The translations under genes were made by a program, and so were the position numbers. A stretch of 64,000 nucleotides of DNA from Squalus acanthias (lineage: Eukaryota). Positions 59,581 to 64,000 of the stretch are shown one piece after another (the stretch's first letter is position 1; each line of letters begins with the position of its first letter). The notes beneath the pieces are model-generated. The model saw only the letters and a list, made by a program, of their open reading frames with translations. It was not told the origin of the DNA and did not search any database. The stretch is taken from assembly GCA_030390025.1 (NCBI GenBank), contig CM059432.1:41604001-41668000 (forward strand). Reading direction: 5' to 3'.

Positions 59581-60025
59581 AGTGTCAGCTGTGGCTCAGT
59601 TGGTAGTACACTCGCCTCCGAGTCAGAAGGTTGTGGGTTCAAGTCGCACTCCAGGGACTTGAGCACATATAGCTAGGCTGACACTCCAGTGCAGTACTGA
59701 GGGAGTGCTGCATTGTCGGAGTGTGCCGTCTTTCAGATGAGACGTTAAACCGAGGCCTTGTCTGCTCTGTCAGGTGGACGTAAAAGATCCCATGGCACTA
59801 GTTTGAAGAGTAGTAGGGGAGTTATCCCCGCTATCCTGGCCAATATTTATCCCTCAGCCAACATAACAAAAAAAATTATCTGGTCATTATCACATTGCTG
59901 TTTGTACGCAAATTGGCTGCTGTGTTTCTCACGATACAACAGTGACTGTACTTCATTGACTGTAAAGCGCTTTGAGACGTCTGGTGGTCGTGAAAGACGC
60001 TATATAAATGCAAGTTTTTCTTTCT
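59581..60025 (+). mobile_element. tRNA-derived DeuSINE (SacSINE1-like)
   Basis: A box TGGCTCAGTTGG, B box GGTTCAAGTC, Deu-like domain (GATGAGACGTTAAACCGAGG...AAAGATCCCATGGCACTA...CCTGGCCAATATTTATCCCTCA), L2-like tail GTAAAGCGCTTTG...CGCTATATAAATG. Confidence 0.85.
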
Positions 60026-60344
60026 TTCGAACTATGGGTTGAATAAAGCACCTCAATTAGTAAGAATATCCCCACTTGGTAGTTTAGTCTTCGGTGTCTT
60101 GGGGTGAAATATTAAAAGTGTAGTGAAATAGGTACCTAGTGGGAATCGCAGATGGAAATCCCGAGACAATAAATATTGTTCACCCATATTACAAAGCCTC
60201 GCTTCAGCAGATAGGAAGGGTGATCTTATCTTTGGCAGCTGGCTTTGTGTTGGGGCTGAGAAAACGTGTCTGAAGAAGCCCAAGTCATAATAGTGATTAG
60301 CAACTTAGCAACCAGTAACGTAACTGGACCAGCCACATAAATAC

Positions 60345-60945
60345 TGTGGCTATAAGAGCAGGTCTGAGGCTCGGTATTCTGTGGCAAGTGTCTCACCTCC
60401 TGACTCCCCAAAGCCTTTATCATCATCTACAAGGCACAAGTGAGGAGTGTAAAGAAATACTCTCCACTTGCCTGGATGAGTGCAGCTCCAACAACACTCA
60501 AGAAGCTCGACACCATCCAGGACAAAGCAGCCCGCTTGATTGGCAACCCATCCACCACCTTAAACATTCACTCCCTCAACCACTGCCGCACCATGGCTGC
60601 TGTGTGTACCATCTACAAGATGCATTGCAGCAACTAGCCATGGATTCTTTGACAGCACCTCCCAAACCCACAACCTCTTCCACCTAGAAGCACAAGGACA
60701 GCAGGCACAGGGGAACACCACCACCTCCAAGTTCCCCTCCAAGTCTCACACCATCCTGACTTGGAAATATATCACCATTTCTTCATCATCACAGAGTCAA
60801 AATTCTGGAACTCCCTACCTAACAGCACTACGGGAGTACCTTCACCACATGGACTGCAGCGGTTCAAGAAGGCAGCTCACCACCACCATCTCGAGGACAA
60901 TTAGGGATAGGCAATAAATGCTGGCCTTGCCAGCAACGCCCACCA
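60345..60945 (+). mobile_element. Non-LTR retrotransposon 3' region (CR1/L2 group)
   Basis: VRSVKKYSPLAWMSAAPTTLKKLDTIQDKAARLIG...HSLNHCRTMAAVCTIYKMH; tail shared with 41168-41485. Confidence 0.8.
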
Positions 60946-61059
60946 CCCAAACTTGTCACTCCAGCCACGTGAGGCAGCTAGATGTTAAGTAGTTATAAAC
61001 ACCGGTCATCGAAATACTAAGTGTTAAATCAAGTGGTTTCAAATTCTAACACACTCTCC

Positions 61060-61690
61060 CTCTCTCCTCTCCCACCCCCGGGGGGCTAGACCTGGATCCG
61101 CTGATATTTTGGGGATTGTGGTGATAGCGAGTCCGGGGAGGGAAAGGAAAAGCGACGCGGCCGCCGAGCCTGGGATGAGAAGTCGCTCCCGGGCCTGGCT
61201 TATAGCCGGGGAATGGAAACCTGTGACGCCGGGTGAGACGATTAGGTATCCGGGGTGGGGGGAAAAAACCTAAAACGAAATGTGAAGTGCGATGTAATGA
61301 GCCGGCCGAGTCCATGCTGCTTTAGACCTCGGAGCCAAGAGACCGCGACCTACCCGGAGCAGCAGATACAGACCGGTAGTAATTGTTGGTCCTTATCTTC
61401 CTGGCGTTGTTTGGCGAACTCCTGCCGGGTGCAACTGCAACTTGCGCAAGGCGCTCGGATTCTACGCATTTGCGAATGTTTAAAACATACTGGTTAAATA
61501 AACTTACTTTCTTAAATTTGGCGCGCTATCTTTACTCCATCCCGCCTCTGCCCGCACTTTATTGGTTTAATGTATTTGTGATGTAGATACAGCTCAATTT
61601 CCCCCTGCTTTGATTGGTCAGTTCCCCCATCAATCACCCCAGTTTGATAACATGTGGGCGGCGCCTCCAGTACGTCACGACCAAGCTTGT
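61060..61690. promoter_or_regulatory. CpG-rich promoter-like region, gene unidentified
   Basis: High CpG density; CCAAT boxes (ATTGG at about 61561 and 61613), GGGCGG at about 61656, CRE/ATF-like TACGTCA at about 61671. Confidence 0.45.
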
Positions 61691-61700
61691 TGAAAAGTCA

Positions 61701-61855
61701 AAAGTGAGAAGTCGCACAACAGCAGGTTATAGTCCAACAGTTTTATTTGAAATCACAAGCTTTCGGAGCTGCTGACGAAGGAGCAGCGCTCAGAAAGCTT
61801 GTGATTTCAAATAAAACTGTTGGACTATAACCTGGTGTTGTGCGACTTCTCACTT
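61701..61855. mobile_element. Penelope pLTR hairpin insertion (family B)
   Basis: Near-perfect inverted arms; 14-bp TSD TTGTTGAAAAGTCA (61687-61700, 61856-61869); hammerhead core CTGACGA..GAAAGCTTGTG on +. Confidence 0.88.
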
Positions 61856-62081
61856 TTGTTGAAAAGTCAGATGGGACATTGTTTGCCCGGGGACACAGTG
61901 TCTAATCTGGCGACCGTTCCCGAAGCAGTTCTATAATGAAGACTCCCAATCTCAGTGCTGTAGAAACCATCCTGTTTATATTGCACTTTAAAACATAAAC
62001 AATTATTTTAAAGTTGATGTTTACAGTTGCATAGCTGGCAGCAGTACATTTCCCAATGTTACCTCTCCAGTGCTTTGAGGT

Positions 62082-62520
62082 GCCTGCTGTACATCGTTCG
62101 CATGCCTGATACGAGACTCCCAAAACAAGCGCTCTACTCGGAGCTCCGACATGGCAAGAGAGCCCCAGGTGGGCAGAGGAAATGCTTCAAGGACACCCTC
62201 AAAGCCTCCTTGAAAAAGTGCAACATCCCCACTGACACCTGGGAATCCCTGGCCCAAGACCACACAAAGTGGAGGAGAAGCATCCGGGAAGGCGCCGAAC
62301 ACCTCGAGTCTCTTCACCGGGAGCAAGCGCAAACAGCGGAAGGAGCGCATGTCAACCCAAGCACCCCACCCACCCGCCCCTTCAACCACCGTCTGCCCCA
62401 CCTGTGACAGAGACTGTAGGTCCCACATTGGACTCATCAGTCACCTGAGAACTAATTTTTAATGTGGAAGCAAGTCATCCTCGGTTGCGAGGGACTGCCT
62501 AAGAATAATAATAATAATTT
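62082..62520 (+). mobile_element. RTE (BovB-like) LINE 3' end
   Basis: VRMPDTRLPKQALYSELRHGKRAPGGQRKCFKDTLKASLK, C-terminal CPTCDRDCRSHIGLISH zinc finger, (AAT)n tail. Confidence 0.88.
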
Positions 62521-63424
62521 CCCAATGGTTGGGGAGCGCTCATGCAAGTCAGTAGCTATAAAGAACAGCCAGAGGTGGCAGCTGAAACCACTTTTTTTTT
62601 GGTGGTGCACATCACAACCTGCACCTGCAGGGCTGCTTTGATTACATTGTAGCTTGACGCCAACTGTAGAGATGCAAACTCAATATGCAAAAATCACCCC
62701 GGATTAATAATGTTTACAAAGTATTGTGGTTGAACAGCGGTTTCAGTAATTTTCTGATGAAAACTGAGAGCATATGTATATAGGTTACTGTCATCTAAAG
62801 AATGAACAAATTTATATAACGCGTTTATCAGATTGTCCCAAAGCGCTTCACAGCCAACCTAGGAAACCACATCTTAGTCCTGTCCTTTTATGCTCCAATA
62901 GAAACACACTCAGTTTCTGCTACAAAGTGGAATCCTACCATGAAATAGGCGAGATGGACAAAAACAGGGCTCATAATTCTACTTGCCTCTAAGAGGAATG
63001 GTTATACCAGAACCTACTAAGTATTTAGGAGTTGCTAAAGCTCCGTTTCCTTCTTATCATAGTGAGAATTTTTTTCAGCAAAATACAGCAATGATGACGC
63101 ACTATAACAGCAGGAATACAGGATTTATTTCACTCACTGGGAAAGACTGGTAACCCTTGCTAGGAACAGTTAGGTTTAAAGCATGCTTGACTAACCATAA
63201 AAACAAAAACAAAAAACTTTTTGTGCCACTAAGTTCTGAGAATTGGTACAATTTTCGATTTTAGGTATTCAATGCCAGCATGAAGCACTCAGGTCAGAAG
63301 TAGCAGTCTAAGCCTCCCTTTATTCTTCCCTAACAATATTAAAATGTCTGCAAATTCCTCTTTTAATAAAAAATGGAAATGCCTGTTTCTCTGTGCAATC
63401 AACAACCCGCCATCTAGTGGCAAA

Positions 63425-63675
63425 AACTTTGAGGAAAAACTTTTTTACACAGCGAGTGGTTAGGATCTGGAATGCACTGCCTGAAAGGATGGTGGAGGCA
63501 GATTCAATCGTGGCTTTCAAAAGGGAACTGGATAAGTACCTGAAGGGAAAAAATTTGCAGGGCTATGGGGAAAGGGCAGGGGAGTGGGACTAGCTGAAGT
63601 GCTCTTGCAGAGAGCTGGCACGGGCTCAATGGGCCAAATGGTCTCCTTCTGTGCTGTAACCATTCTATGATTCTA
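63425..63675 (+). mobile_element. CR1 3' fragment
   Basis: RKNFFTQRVVRIWNALPERMVEADS...GYGERAGEWD*, tail ATTCTATGATTCT. Confidence 0.85.
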
Positions 63676-63744
63676 ATTTTGCTGTACCTCTGATTGGTAT
63701 CTGATTGGGATGGGGATGTACCAGATTAGAGTCATGTCCTTTTT

Positions 63745-64000
63745 TAAAATTCATTCTTGGGATGTGGGCATTTCTGGCATGGCTGGCATTTATTGCCCAA
63801 TCCTAATTGCCCTTGAGAAGCTGGTGGTGGAGTCTTCTTCTTGAACCAATGCAGTCTCTGCTGTGAAGGTACTCCCACAATGCTGTTAGGTAGGGAGTTC
63901 CAGGATTTTGACCCAGCAACGATGAAGGAATGGTGATATATGTCCAAGTCAGGATGGTGACTTGGAAGAGAACTTGGAGGTGATGCTGTTTCCATGCACT
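63745..64000 (-). mobile_element. Non-LTR retrotransposon 3' end (same family as 41168-41485)
   Basis: TTCATTCTTGGGATGTGGGC...GCATTTATTGCCCAATCCTAATTGCCCTTGAGAAG. Confidence 0.8.

Noticed and set aside
59588..59660. tRNA gene
   Set aside because: tRNA-like head of a SINE followed by a Deu domain and tail; the same applies to the SINE head at about 27230-27299.
57260..61920. Single large hAT element spanning to a GGCGACCGT end at about 61917
   Set aside because: Poor TIR match and no 8-bp TSD.

Overview
Repeat-dominated vertebrate genomic DNA, almost certainly from a cartilaginous fish (HE1/V-type SINE, SacSINE1/Deu-type SINE and shark-type CR1 LINEs; inferred by recognition, no search run). 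It contains one clear host gene, PDP1 (mitochondrial pyruvate dehydrogenase phosphatase catalytic subunit 1), on the minus strand. PDP1 has a single coding exon at 17643-19268 and a probable non-coding first exon and CpG-island promoter at about 28.2-28.9 kb. Most of the rest is transposable elements: many CR1 LINEs (one with an uninterrupted 935-codon ORF2, another with an intact ORF1), PIF/Harbinger, hAT and pogo/Tigger DNA transposons and MITEs, two copies of an LTR, L2 and RTE fragments, a Penelope-like GIY-YIG element and a 2-kb purine/pyrimidine-skewed minisatellite. A second CpG-rich promoter-like region at about 61.1-61.7 kb has no identifiable gene. The most interesting signal is two sequence-distinct families of tiny (about 95-230 bp) Penelope-derived insertions. 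Most are hairpins with 11-14 bp target-site duplications, and they carry minimal type-I hammerhead ribozyme motifs with compensatory stems, sometimes one on each strand.
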